DNA from: an uncultured Vicinamibacterales bacterium
GTDB taxonomy: Bacteria > Acidobacteriota > Vicinamibacteria > Vicinamibacterales > JAKQTR01
DNA length: 64,000 bases
Direction of reading: 5' to 3'
Assembly (NCBI GenBank): GCA_964396055.1
Contig: CAYNDV010000005.1
Location: forward strand, 772 to 64,771
The notes beneath the pieces were generated by a model. The model saw nothing but the letters and a program-made list of their open reading frames with translations, was not told the origin of the DNA and did not search any database. This document shows, piece by piece, positions 7,612 to 16,149 of the stretch. A program made the position numbers and the translations under genes. How positions within the stretch are numbered: the first letter of the stretch is position 1; the number at the start of each line of letters is the position of its first letter.

Positions 7612-10600
7612 ATGCCACGTGCCATCCTTCCGGCTGGTCCGGCGAACCGCTTCAGCCAGATCGCCCGCCTCGTCCTCCTGCTGGCCGTCGGCGTGCTCGT
7701 GACGGCCCGCCCCAGCGCGGCACAACTGGGCCAACTGGCGTCGCCGGGACCGCTGTCCAAGGCTCACGCGTCCCTCGAAGGCGCGGCCAACTGCCAGAAA
7801 TGCCACGAACCCGGCCGGAAAGTCACAGCGTCGTTGTGCCTCTCCTGCCACAAGCCGGTCGCCGACCGGATCCGGTTGAAGAAGGGCGTCCATCGGGAGG
7901 TCGGGGACGACTGCGTCGGGTGCCACGTCGAACACCAGGGCCTGGATGGCGAACTGCGGCCCTTCGATCCCTCCGGGTTCAATCACGCTGTGGACGCGGG
8001 CTTCCCGCTCGACGGCCGCCACGCCCCGATTGCCGGCAGCTGCGCGAAGTGCCACAAGACCCGGTCGTTCCTCACCGCGTTACCATCGTGTAATTCCTGC
8101 CACACGGACGAGCACAAAGGGACACTGGGCACCGACTGTCAGCGTTGCCACACCACGGCGGTGCCGTTCAAGGCCGCGAAGAACGTCTTCGATCACGGGA
8201 AGACCGCCTTCCCCCTGGCGGGGGCTCACCAGCGGGTCGACTGCGCGAAGTGCCACGTCAACGGGCGCTACAAGGGCCTGGCCTTTGCCCGGTGCACGGA
8301 CTGCCACACGTCGCCTCATGCGCCATCGATCGGGGCCGACTGCCTGACCTGCCATACCAGCGACGGCTGGCGCACGCAGAAGATCGACCACGCCCGGACG
8401 GCGTTCCCGCTGCGCGGCGCCCATGCGGCGGTGCCGTGCGCGAAGTGTCATACGAAGCCGGCCACGAAGGCGAAGCCGAAGTCCGCCACGTGCGCGTCGT
8501 GCCACGCGGATCCGCACAAGGGCAGCTTCAGGCAGGACTGCTCGGCGTGTCATACGGAGAACGGCTTCAAGAGCGCGCGCTTCGACCATGCGACCACCCG
8601 GTTCGCCCTGACGGGCCGGCACCAGGCGCTGGCCTGCGCCGCCTGCCACAAGAACACCCCGTCGGGCGGACAGGCGCGTCCGGGCACGACGGTGGACTTC
8701 CGCGGCCTGCGCACCACGTGCGTGTCGTGCCACCAGGACGTGCACAAGGGCGAACTGGGCACGGCGTGCGAGTCGTGCCACACGACGGCCACCTTCAAGG
8801 TGTCGTCGTTCCAGCACCCGCGGTTCCCCGAGTTCTTCGGCGGCCGCCACAAGGGCGTCGCCTGCGCCGCGTGCCACGTGCCCCAGGCGCCAGCGGCCCC
8901 GGCCCGGACCGGCGCGCCGGTGAGCGGTATGCGCTTCAAGGGGCTCGCCAACGCGTGCACGGCCTGCCACAAGGACCCGCACCTCGGGCAGGTCGGCACC
9001 GCGTGCGAGTCGTGCCACACCGTCGACGCAGCCAGGTTCGCGCCGGCGAAGTTCTCGCACGACGCGGCGGCGTTCAAGCTGACGGGCCGGCACCAGGGCG
9101 TCGCATGCCGCCAGTGCCACAAGCCCGAAACGGGCGCCTTCCCGGCCGGGCGCGGCACGGCCGTTCGCCTGAAGGGCCTGTCGGCCGCCTGTGCGTCGTG
9201 TCACCGCGATCAGCACCTCGGGCAACTGGGCACGGCATGCGAAACCTGCCACACGACGGCGTCCTTCAAGGTCCCGTCGTTCACCCACCGGAACCAGGCC
9301 CGGTTCATGACGGGCCGTCACGCCGCGCAGCCCTGCTCCGCCTGTCACAAGTCCGAGGAGCGCGCGTACCCCGGCGGCACCGGCACGGCCGTCCGGTACA
9401 CGATGGGGCCGTCGTGCGCGGCGTGTCACACGGATCAGCACCAGGGCCAGATGGGGCCGGCATGCGAGCGGTGCCACACGCCCGAATCGTGGCGGGTGGT
9501 CTCGCGCGCGTTTCACAAGACCGGTGTCTTTCCCCTCGAGGGCCGGCACCTCGCCGTGGCGTGCGCCGCGTGCCACGTCAACGGCGCCATCAAGGGCACG
9601 CCGACACGCTGTTACGACTGTCACTGGATCCGGCGGCAGGACGACCCCTACCGCACGCGCCTCGGCAACGAGTGCGAGACGTGCCATCGGCCGATCTCGT
9701 GGGCGGCGGTGAACTGGAACCACGGCACGATGACGGGCGTGCCGCTCAGTCCGGTGCACAGGGCCCTGGGCTGCGACGGCTGCCACAAGACGAGGACGTT
9801 CACCCGCGGCAGCGTGACCTGTTTCTCGTGCCACCAGGAGGACTACCAGGCCGCGCGCGAACCCAATCACGCCGCCGCCGGCTTCCCGACGACATGCGAG
9901 GCCTGCCACCGGGCCTCGCACGTGTCGTGGACGCAGACGACCTTCAACCACAGCGCGAGTTTCCCCCTGGCCGGCACCCACGCCACGCAGACCTGCGCGG
10001 CGTGCCACCGCAACAACGTCTACACGGGCACGCCGCGCGACTGCGTCGGCTGCCACCGGGCCGACTACGACCGCACCGCGGCGCCGCCCCACGCGGCAGC
10101 GGGCTTCCCCGTGTCGTGCGAGTCGTGCCACCGCTTCACCGACGCCAGCTGGCGGGGCGCGGCATTCAACCACAACACGTTCTACCCGCTCGCGGGGACG
10201 CATGCGACGCAGGCGTGCGCGGCCTGCCACCGCAACAACGTCTACAAGGGCACGCCCCGCGACTGCGTCGGCTGCCACCGGGCCGACTACGACCGCACCA
10301 CCAGCCCGAACCACGCCTCCGCAGGATTCTCGACGGCGTGTGAGTCGTGCCACCGCGCCTCCGACACGACGTGGCGGACCACTTTCAATCACAACGCGGT
10401 GTACCCGTTGACGGGCCGGCACGCGGCCGCCGACTGTGCGGCGTGCCACAGGAACAACGTCTACAAGGGCACGCCCCGCGACTGCGTCGGCTGTCACCGC
10501 ACCGACTACGACCGCACCACCAGCCCGAACCACGCCTCCGCAGGGTTCCCGACCACGTGCGAGGCGTGCCACAGGGCCTCGGACACGACGTGGCGGACCA

Positions 10601-11256
10601 CCTTCAACCACAGTGCGGTCTACCCGCTCGCGGGCCGTCATGCCACCGCCGCCTGCGCCTCGTGCCACGTCAACAACATCTATAAGGGCACGCCGCGCGA
10701 CTGCTTCACGTGCCACCGCGCCCGGTACGACGCAACGACGAGCCCCAACCACCGCGCCGCGGGGTTCCCCACCGCGTGCGAGCAGTGCCACAGCCCGGCG
10801 GCCGCCGCGTGGTCCGCGAGTTTCGACCACAACCGTTTCTTCCCGCTCCTCGGGCGCCATCTGAGCGCGCCGTGCAGTTCGTGTCACCGCAATAGCGTCT
10901 ACCGTGGCACGCCGCGCGAGTGTTACCCGTGCCACCAGGCGCAGTACGACGGCACGCGCAACCCGAATCACCGGGCCGCGGGGTTCCCGACCACCTGCGA
11001 AACGTGCCACCGGGCCGCGGATTCGTCCTGGAGCCAGGGGCGCTTCAATCACACCTGGTTCCCCATCACGTCGGGCAAACACGCCGGCCGCCAGTGCGCG
11101 GAGTGCCACCAGGATCCGGGCAACTACAAGGTGTTCCAGTGCACCACCGCGTGCCACCCGCGCGGCGAGATGGACGATGAACACCGCGGCCGTGCCGGAT
11201 ACCGCTACGAGTCGGCCGCCTGTTACAGTTGCCACCCGACCGGGCGCGACGACTAG
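7612..11256 (+). CDS. Giant secreted multiheme cytochrome c: 1214 aa, 47 CxxCH + 1 CxxxCH, 16 triheme repeats
   Basis: Motifs counted by hand. Repeat unit: FxH...FPLxGxH...CxxCH...CxxCH...H...CxxCH. Sec-type signal (RLVLLLAVGVLVTARPSAA/Q), no lipobox. ATG 7612 is in frame with track ORF 6523..11256. Confidence 0.93.
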   Translation: MPRAILPAGPANRFSQIARLVLLLAVGVLVTARPSAAQLGQLASPGPLSKAHASLEGAANCQKCHEPGRKVTASLCLSCHKPVADRIRLKKGVHREVGDDCVGCHVEHQGLDGELRPFDPSGFNHAVDAGFPLDGRHAPIAGSCAKCHKTRSFLTALPSCNSCHTDEHKGTLGTDCQRCHTTAVPFKAAKNVFDHGKTAFPLAGAHQRVDCAKCHVNGRYKGLAFARCTDCHTSPHAPSIGADCLTCHTSDGWRTQKIDHARTAFPLRGAHAAVPCAKCHTKPATKAKPKSATCASCHADPHKGSFRQDCSACHTENGFKSARFDHATTRFALTGRHQALACAACHKNTPSGGQARPGTTVDFRGLRTTCVSCHQDVHKGELGTACESCHTTATFKVSSFQHPRFPEFFGGRHKGVACAACHVPQAPAAPARTGAPVSGMRFKGLANACTACHKDPHLGQVGTACESCHTVDAARFAPAKFSHDAAAFKLTGRHQGVACRQCHKPETGAFPAGRGTAVRLKGLSAACASCHRDQHLGQLGTACETCHTTASFKVPSFTHRNQARFMTGRHAAQPCSACHKSEERAYPGGTGTAVRYTMGPSCAACHTDQHQGQMGPACERCHTPESWRVVSRAFHKTGVFPLEGRHLAVACAACHVNGAIKGTPTRCYDCHWIRRQDDPYRTRLGNECETCHRPISWAAVNWNHGTMTGVPLSPVHRALGCDGCHKTRTFTRGSVTCFSCHQEDYQAAREPNHAAAGFPTTCEACHRASHVSWTQTTFNHSASFPLAGTHATQTCAACHRNNVYTGTPRDCVGCHRADYDRTAAPPHAAAGFPVSCESCHRFTDASWRGAAFNHNTFYPLAGTHATQACAACHRNNVYKGTPRDCVGCHRADYDRTTSPNHASAGFSTACESCHRASDTTWRTTFNHNAVYPLTGRHAAADCAACHRNNVYKGTPRDCVGCHRTDYDRTTSPNHASAGFPTTCEACHRASDTTWRTTFNHSAVYPLAGRHATAACASCHVNNIYKGTPRDCFTCHRARYDATTSPNHRAAGFPTACEQCHSPAAAAWSASFDHNRFFPLLGRHLSAPCSSCHRNSVYRGTPRECYPCHQAQYDGTRNPNHRAAGFPTTCETCHRAADSSWSQGRFNHTWFPITSGKHAGRQCAECHQDPGNYKVFQCTTACHPRGEMDDEHRGRAGYRYESAACYSCHPTGRDD
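9994..10872 (+). repeat. Near-identical intragenic tandem repeats of 219-222 nt (one triheme module each)
   Basis: First-Cys codons of successive modules at 9994, 10216, 10435 and 10654; long DNA identity such as aacaacgtctacaagggcacgccccgcgactgcgtcggctg and gactacgaccgcaccaccagcccgaaccacgcctccgcagg. Confidence 0.9.
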
Positions 11257-11264
11257 AGGAGGCG

Positions 11265-12581
11265 ATGATGCACAGGCTCTCTCTGCTCAGCGCCCCGTTC
11301 CTGCTCGTCGCAATCCCGGCCGCGGCCGCACCCGCGCCCACGCTCCCCCGCTGGGCCCGCGTGTCGTTCTTCACGCACGCCGCCAGCACCACCCAGACCG
11401 ACGGGTCGTCGGTGTCGTTCAGCGAGGTGGTCACCAATGTCGCCGCCCAGTCGGCGCAGCGCCCTGACGGCGGCTTCGAGTACGGGCTCGACGCCCGCTT
11501 CGGGGCCTACCCCTCGTCAGAGGACCGCGAGCAGCGCGTCTCGATCTACGACGCGTACGTCGCGCAGCGCCTGGCCGACGGCCGCCTGCTCGTCAAGGGC
11601 GGGCAGATGTGGCTCAACGACCTCGGCGCCCTCGGATCGGTCGCGGGCGGCCTCGTCGAGTATCGGCAGGCCGCCGGCGGATCGAGCCTGCGATGGCGGG
11701 CAGGGGCCTTCGGCGGCGTGGAACCGAAGATCCTGGAGATCGGCTACGTCCCGGGAATCCGGAAGTTCGGCGGCTACGTCGCCCTCGAGGGCGGCGGCGC
11801 CAGGAAACACGTCGTCGGGTACGTGAATGTCAGGAACGAGAGCCTGACCGAACGTTCCGTCGTCACGATGACGAATTACGTCCCGATCCAGCAGCAGGTC
11901 TTCGTGTACCAGGCCCTCGAGTACGACCTGTCCGGCCCCGGCGGACAGGGTGACGGCGGGCTCACGTACTTCTTCGTGAACGCGCGCGTGGCGCCGGTAC
12001 GCCGGGCCGACGTCCAGCTCACCTTTCACCACGGGCGGTCCATCGACGCTCGCTCCGTCACGGACGACATCCTGAACGGGCGGCCGGTGAATCCCCGTGC
12101 CCTGGAGGGGTATCTCTTCGAGTCGGTCAACGGCCGGGTCACCGTGGAGGTCCTCAAGAACGTGCGGGTGTTCGCGGGCTATGGCCGGGACAAGAACGAC
12201 AGCGACGACGAGGCCACCGGCCGGGTCACCTTCGGCCTGTTCTCGTCCAACCTGTTCGGGACCGGGATCGATCTCAACGTCTCGGACTACCGGTACCACC
12301 GCGGGAGCGAATCGTCATACGACTCCTGGTACGTTTCGGCAGGCCGGTCGATCGGGTCGAAGCTCTACCTCACCGGCGAGTACTCGTCGTCGCTCTCGGT
12401 CCTGCGTTACGCGCAGTCGAGCGGCGTCGTGATCGAGAGCCGGCCCTCGACAGACCGCTTCGGCGTCAGCGCCCTCGTCTACCTCAACCGGCGGCTGTCG
12501 CTGCTGGTGACGGCCGAGCACACCACCGGCGACGAGTACGACGAGAACCGCCTGCTGGCCGGCCTCGTGTACCGGTTCTGA
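11265..12581 (+). CDS. Outer-membrane beta-barrel protein, putative porin partner of the cytochrome
   Basis: ATG 8 nt after the cytochrome stop, with GAGGAGG RBS; signal peptide; alternating amphipathic strands; ends LLAGLVYRF (terminal Phe, BAM signal). Confidence 0.78.
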   Translation: MMHRLSLLSAPFLLVAIPAAAAPAPTLPRWARVSFFTHAASTTQTDGSSVSFSEVVTNVAAQSAQRPDGGFEYGLDARFGAYPSSEDREQRVSIYDAYVAQRLADGRLLVKGGQMWLNDLGALGSVAGGLVEYRQAAGGSSLRWRAGAFGGVEPKILEIGYVPGIRKFGGYVALEGGGARKHVVGYVNVRNESLTERSVVTMTNYVPIQQQVFVYQALEYDLSGPGGQGDGGLTYFFVNARVAPVRRADVQLTFHHGRSIDARSVTDDILNGRPVNPRALEGYLFESVNGRVTVEVLKNVRVFAGYGRDKNDSDDEATGRVTFGLFSSNLFGTGIDLNVSDYRYHRGSESSYDSWYVSAGRSIGSKLYLTGEYSSSLSVLRYAQSSGVVIESRPSTDRFGVSALVYLNRRLSLLVTAEHTTGDEYDENRLLAGLVYRF

Positions 12582-12642
12582 CGGGCGCGGCCCGAGCCCC
12601 AACAGGGTCCCGACCGGGATTTCGTGGGGACGGCAACTTCCC

Positions 12643-12651
12643 TGTTACAAT
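12643..12651 (+). promoter_or_regulatory. Extended -10 promoter TGtTACAAT for the DUF1302 operon
   Basis: Intergenic cctgttacaat, 5/6 match to TATAAT plus TG. Confidence 0.55.
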
Positions 12652-12863
12652 GGCGGGTCGGTCTATCGGCCACGCACACCCTGGTGCCCCGCCCGCCACG
12701 CCCCCTGGCAGGCGGGTGATGCGCCAGGTTCATGTACGCACGGACCTCGGACACGCAGGGCCCCCCATGCGCTCCCGCAGTGCTGCAGGATGGCCCCGGC
12801 GGACCCGGATCCGGCCGGCAGGCTGCTCCGCCGCGATTCGCCACGCGGCTACGAGGGGGTTTC

Positions 12864-14747
12864 ATGAGTCTTTTCGCGCGTACGGGATCCACCACCGCCA
12901 TCGCGGCCCGGCTGGCCGTGTGCCTGCTCGCGGCGTTGCCCGGGCTGGTGCCGGGCACGGCCTGGGCCGGCCAGTCCGGCACGGCCGCGGCTGAACAGGC
13001 CGAACCGCCGGCCGAGAAGGCGCCGTCCGCCTTCAAGTGGAACTGGGACAACACCATCACCTACGGCATCGGCGTCCGCGTGGCCGATGCGGACAAGGAC
13101 CTCATCGGCAAGGCCGCCGGGGGCAATGCCTTCTCGGTGAACTCCGACGACGGCAACCAGAACTACAAGAAGGGGCTGTTCACGAACGCCGTGAAGATCA
13201 CGAGCGAGTTCGAGTTCAGCTACAAGAACGTGGGCGGCTTCGTCCGCGGCTTCGCGTTCTACGACTTCACCAACGAGAACGGCGACCGGGCGCGCACGCC
13301 GCTGACCGAGGACGCGAAGGACCGCGTGGGCAGCCGGGCGGAGTTCCGCGACGCGTTCCTGTGGGCGCGGTTCCGGCTCGGCAAGCTGCCGGGCGAGATC
13401 CGCGGCGGCTGGCAGGTGATCAACTGGGGCGAGAGCACGTTCATCCAGGGCGGCATCAACGCCGTGAACCCGGTGGACGTCAGCGCCCTGCGCGTGCCCG
13501 GCGCGGAGTTGCGCGAAGCGCTGCTCCCGGTGGGCGCCGTGAAGTTCAGCGTCAAGCCCTCGTCGAACACGTCGCTCGAGGCGTTCTACCAGTTCGCCTG
13601 GGAGCAGACGAAGATCGACCCCGTGGGCAGCTACTTCAGCACGTCCGACATCGCCGGCGCCGGCGCGTCGAAGGTCATGCTCGGGTTCGGATCCGTCCCG
13701 GACAGCGTCAATGCCGGCCACGCACCGTTCCCGCCGACCTACAGCCCGGTCGGCTCGGTCGTCCCGAAGAAGGACGACCAGAAAGCCAGTGACGACGGGC
13801 AGTACGGCGCGGCGCTGCGCCTGTTCGCGCCGGCCCTGGGCGGCACGGAGTTCGGACTCTACTACCTGAACTACCACAGCCGCCTGCCGCTCATCATGGC
13901 CAGGACCGGAACGGCCCAGGGCCTGTTCGGGGGCAACTACGCGGCAACGGCCCACTACTTCCTGACCTACCCCGAGGACATCCAGCTCATCGGCGGCAGC
14001 TTCAACGCCCAGCTGGGCCGCACGGGCATCGCGCTGCAGGGCGAGGTGTCGCACCGCCTCGACGTGCCGCTGCAGCTCGACGACGCGGAGCTGCTGTATT
14101 CGGCGCTGACGCCCCTGCGCCGCCTGCCGCCGCTGCCGCAGCTGGCGCCGCTCATCGGCCTCGGCACGCTGCTCGCCAACAACGCGCAGACCGGCGCCTA
14201 CGAATTCGACCAGCTCGTCACCGGCTACAAGCGGTTCGACACGACCCAGGTGCAGCTGACCGCCACCAAGGTGTTCAGCCAGGTCTTCGGCGCGGACCAG
14301 ATGACGCTGGTGGCCGAGGGCGCGTGGAGCACGGTGCACGACATGCCCGATCAGAGCGTGCTCCGCCTGGACGGGCCGGCCACCTACACCAGCGGCAACG
14401 CCATCTTCACCCAGGCCGGCATCCAGCCCGCCACCGAAGCCGCCTCGGCATTCCCGACGGCGAGCGCGTGGGGCTACGTGGTGGCCGGGCGCCTGGAATA
14501 CAACAACGCCATCGGCGCCACGTCGATGATCCCGCGCTTCTCCTTCGCGCAGGACGTGTCGGGCATCTCGCCGGGGCCCGGCGGTAACTTCCTCGAGGGC
14601 CGCAAGTCGCTCACGCTCGGGCTCGGCTTCCAGTACCGGATCAACTGGGAGTTCGACGTCAGCTACACCAGCTTCTTCGGGGCTGGCCGCTACAACCTGC
14701 TCGGCGACCGCGACTTCGTGGCGGCCAACATCAAGTACTCCTTCTGA
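12864..14747 (+). CDS. DUF1302-family outer-membrane protein
   Basis: NSDDGNQNY, INWGESTFIQGGINAVNPVDVSALRVPGAELREALLP, YLNYHSRLP, ends DRDFVAANIKYSF. Start at ATG 12864 after GAGGGGG. Confidence 0.85.
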   Translation: MSLFARTGSTTAIAARLAVCLLAALPGLVPGTAWAGQSGTAAAEQAEPPAEKAPSAFKWNWDNTITYGIGVRVADADKDLIGKAAGGNAFSVNSDDGNQNYKKGLFTNAVKITSEFEFSYKNVGGFVRGFAFYDFTNENGDRARTPLTEDAKDRVGSRAEFRDAFLWARFRLGKLPGEIRGGWQVINWGESTFIQGGINAVNPVDVSALRVPGAELREALLPVGAVKFSVKPSSNTSLEAFYQFAWEQTKIDPVGSYFSTSDIAGAGASKVMLGFGSVPDSVNAGHAPFPPTYSPVGSVVPKKDDQKASDDGQYGAALRLFAPALGGTEFGLYYLNYHSRLPLIMARTGTAQGLFGGNYAATAHYFLTYPEDIQLIGGSFNAQLGRTGIALQGEVSHRLDVPLQLDDAELLYSALTPLRRLPPLPQLAPLIGLGTLLANNAQTGAYEFDQLVTGYKRFDTTQVQLTATKVFSQVFGADQMTLVAEGAWSTVHDMPDQSVLRLDGPATYTSGNAIFTQAGIQPATEAASAFPTASAWGYVVAGRLEYNNAIGATSMIPRFSFAQDVSGISPGPGGNFLEGRKSLTLGLGFQYRINWEFDVSYTSFFGAGRYNLLGDRDFVAANIKYSF

Positions 14748-14755
14748 GGCAGATC

Positions 14756-16111
14756 ATGCGAACGACGGCACGATATCTCGCGACTTTCACGCTCGTTCTC
14801 GCGGCAGCTGCCGTGTGGTTCACGGCGGTTCCCTCCGGCCAGGGCGGCCTGCCGGCCAGCCTCACGCCCCTCGGCGGCGAGAAGGCGGGCAACGCGGCGG
14901 GCACCATTCCCGCGTGGGACGGCGGCATCACGAAGCCGCCGGCCGGGTACGTCCCCGGCCGCCACTACGTGGATCCCTTCGCGGCCGACAAGCCGCTCTT
15001 CACGATCACCCAGCAGAACGCCGGTCAGTACGCCGCCCAGCTCTCCGAGGGGCACAAGGCGATGCTGAAGACGTACCCGACCTTCAAGATGGTCGTCTAT
15101 CCGACCCGCCGGTCGGCTTCGGTGCCGCAGCGCATCTACGACGCGGCGCAGAAGAACATGACGACCGCCAAGCTGGTCAACAACGGCAACGGCGTGGACG
15201 GAGCCCTGGCGGGACCGCCGTTCCTCACGCCGAAGACCGGCCAGGAAGTGATCTGGAACCACCTGCTCCGGTTCCGCGGCGAGACGATGGCCCGCTGGAT
15301 CTCGCAGGCGACCCCGACGCGCGGCGGCCAGTTCACCGTCGTCGACTTCGAAGAGGAGTCGATGGTGGTGTACGCGCAGCCGAACATGACCGCGGCGGCC
15401 CTCAACAACCGCCTCGTGTACTTCAAGCAGACCGTGACGGCGCCGGCCCGGCTGGCGGGCGGCATCCTGCTGGTGCACGAGACCCTGGACCAGGTGAAGA
15501 AGCCGCGTGACGCGTGGCTCTACAACCCGGGCCAGCGCCGCGTGCGCCGGGCGCCCCAGGTGGCCTACGACAACCCCGGCACCGCCGCGGACAACATGCG
15601 GACCACCGACCAGCTCGACCTGTTCAACGGCGCGCCGGACCGCTACGACTGGAAGCTCGTCGGCAAGCGGGAAATCTACGTGCCGTACAACGCGTACCGG
15701 CTGCAGGATCCCAAGCTCAAGTACAAGGACATCGTCACGCCGCTGCACATCAACCCCGAGCACCTGCGCTACGAGCTGCACCGGGTGTGGGTGGTGGAAG
15801 CGACGCTGCGCACCGGCGAGCGCCACATTTATAAGAAGCGCGTCTTCTACATCGACGAGGACAGCTGGTCGGCGCTGATCGTGGACCAGTACGACAACCG
15901 CGACCAGCTCTGGCGCGTCTCCGAGGGGCACGTGATGAACTTCTACAACGTGCCGCTCGTGTGGACGTCGGCCGAGGTGCACACCGACCTCCAGGCCGGG
16001 CGCTACCTCGTCATGGGGCTCTTCAACGAGAGCCGGCCCCACAACTTCCAGCTGAAGCGCAGCGAGGCGGACTTCACCGCCGACGCGCTCCGGCAGGAGG
16101 GCGTGCGGTAG
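14756..16111 (+). CDS. DUF1329-family periplasmic protein
   Basis: GNAAGTIPAWDGG, AWLYNPGQRRVRRAPQVAYD, YDWKLVGK, RYELHRVWVVEATL, FYIDEDSW. Confidence 0.9.
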   Translation: MRTTARYLATFTLVLAAAAVWFTAVPSGQGGLPASLTPLGGEKAGNAAGTIPAWDGGITKPPAGYVPGRHYVDPFAADKPLFTITQQNAGQYAAQLSEGHKAMLKTYPTFKMVVYPTRRSASVPQRIYDAAQKNMTTAKLVNNGNGVDGALAGPPFLTPKTGQEVIWNHLLRFRGETMARWISQATPTRGGQFTVVDFEEESMVVYAQPNMTAAALNNRLVYFKQTVTAPARLAGGILLVHETLDQVKKPRDAWLYNPGQRRVRRAPQVAYDNPGTAADNMRTTDQLDLFNGAPDRYDWKLVGKREIYVPYNAYRLQDPKLKYKDIVTPLHINPEHLRYELHRVWVVEATLRTGERHIYKKRVFYIDEDSWSALIVDQYDNRDQLWRVSEGHVMNFYNVPLVWTSAEVHTDLQAGRYLVMGLFNESRPHNFQLKRSEADFTADALRQEGVR

Positions 16112-16114
16112 TCA

Positions 16115-16146
16115 GGGGGCAAGGGGCAAGGGGCAGGGGGCAAGGG
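16115..16146 (+). repeat. Short tandem repeat (GGGGCAA/GGGGCAG)x4
   Basis: gggggcaaggggcaaggggcagggggcaaggg directly after the DUF1329 stop. Confidence 0.8.
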
Positions 16147-16149
16147 AAG

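Noticed and set aside
9994-10872. Regular direct repeats resembling a CRISPR array
   Set aside because: The period is 219-222 nt, in frame inside a CDS, with no unique spacers and no cas genes.
8080-11235. 1051-aa antisense ORF with its own repeats
   Set aside because: Mirror of the cytochrome gene; its repeats just reflect the sense-strand repeats and it has no family motifs.
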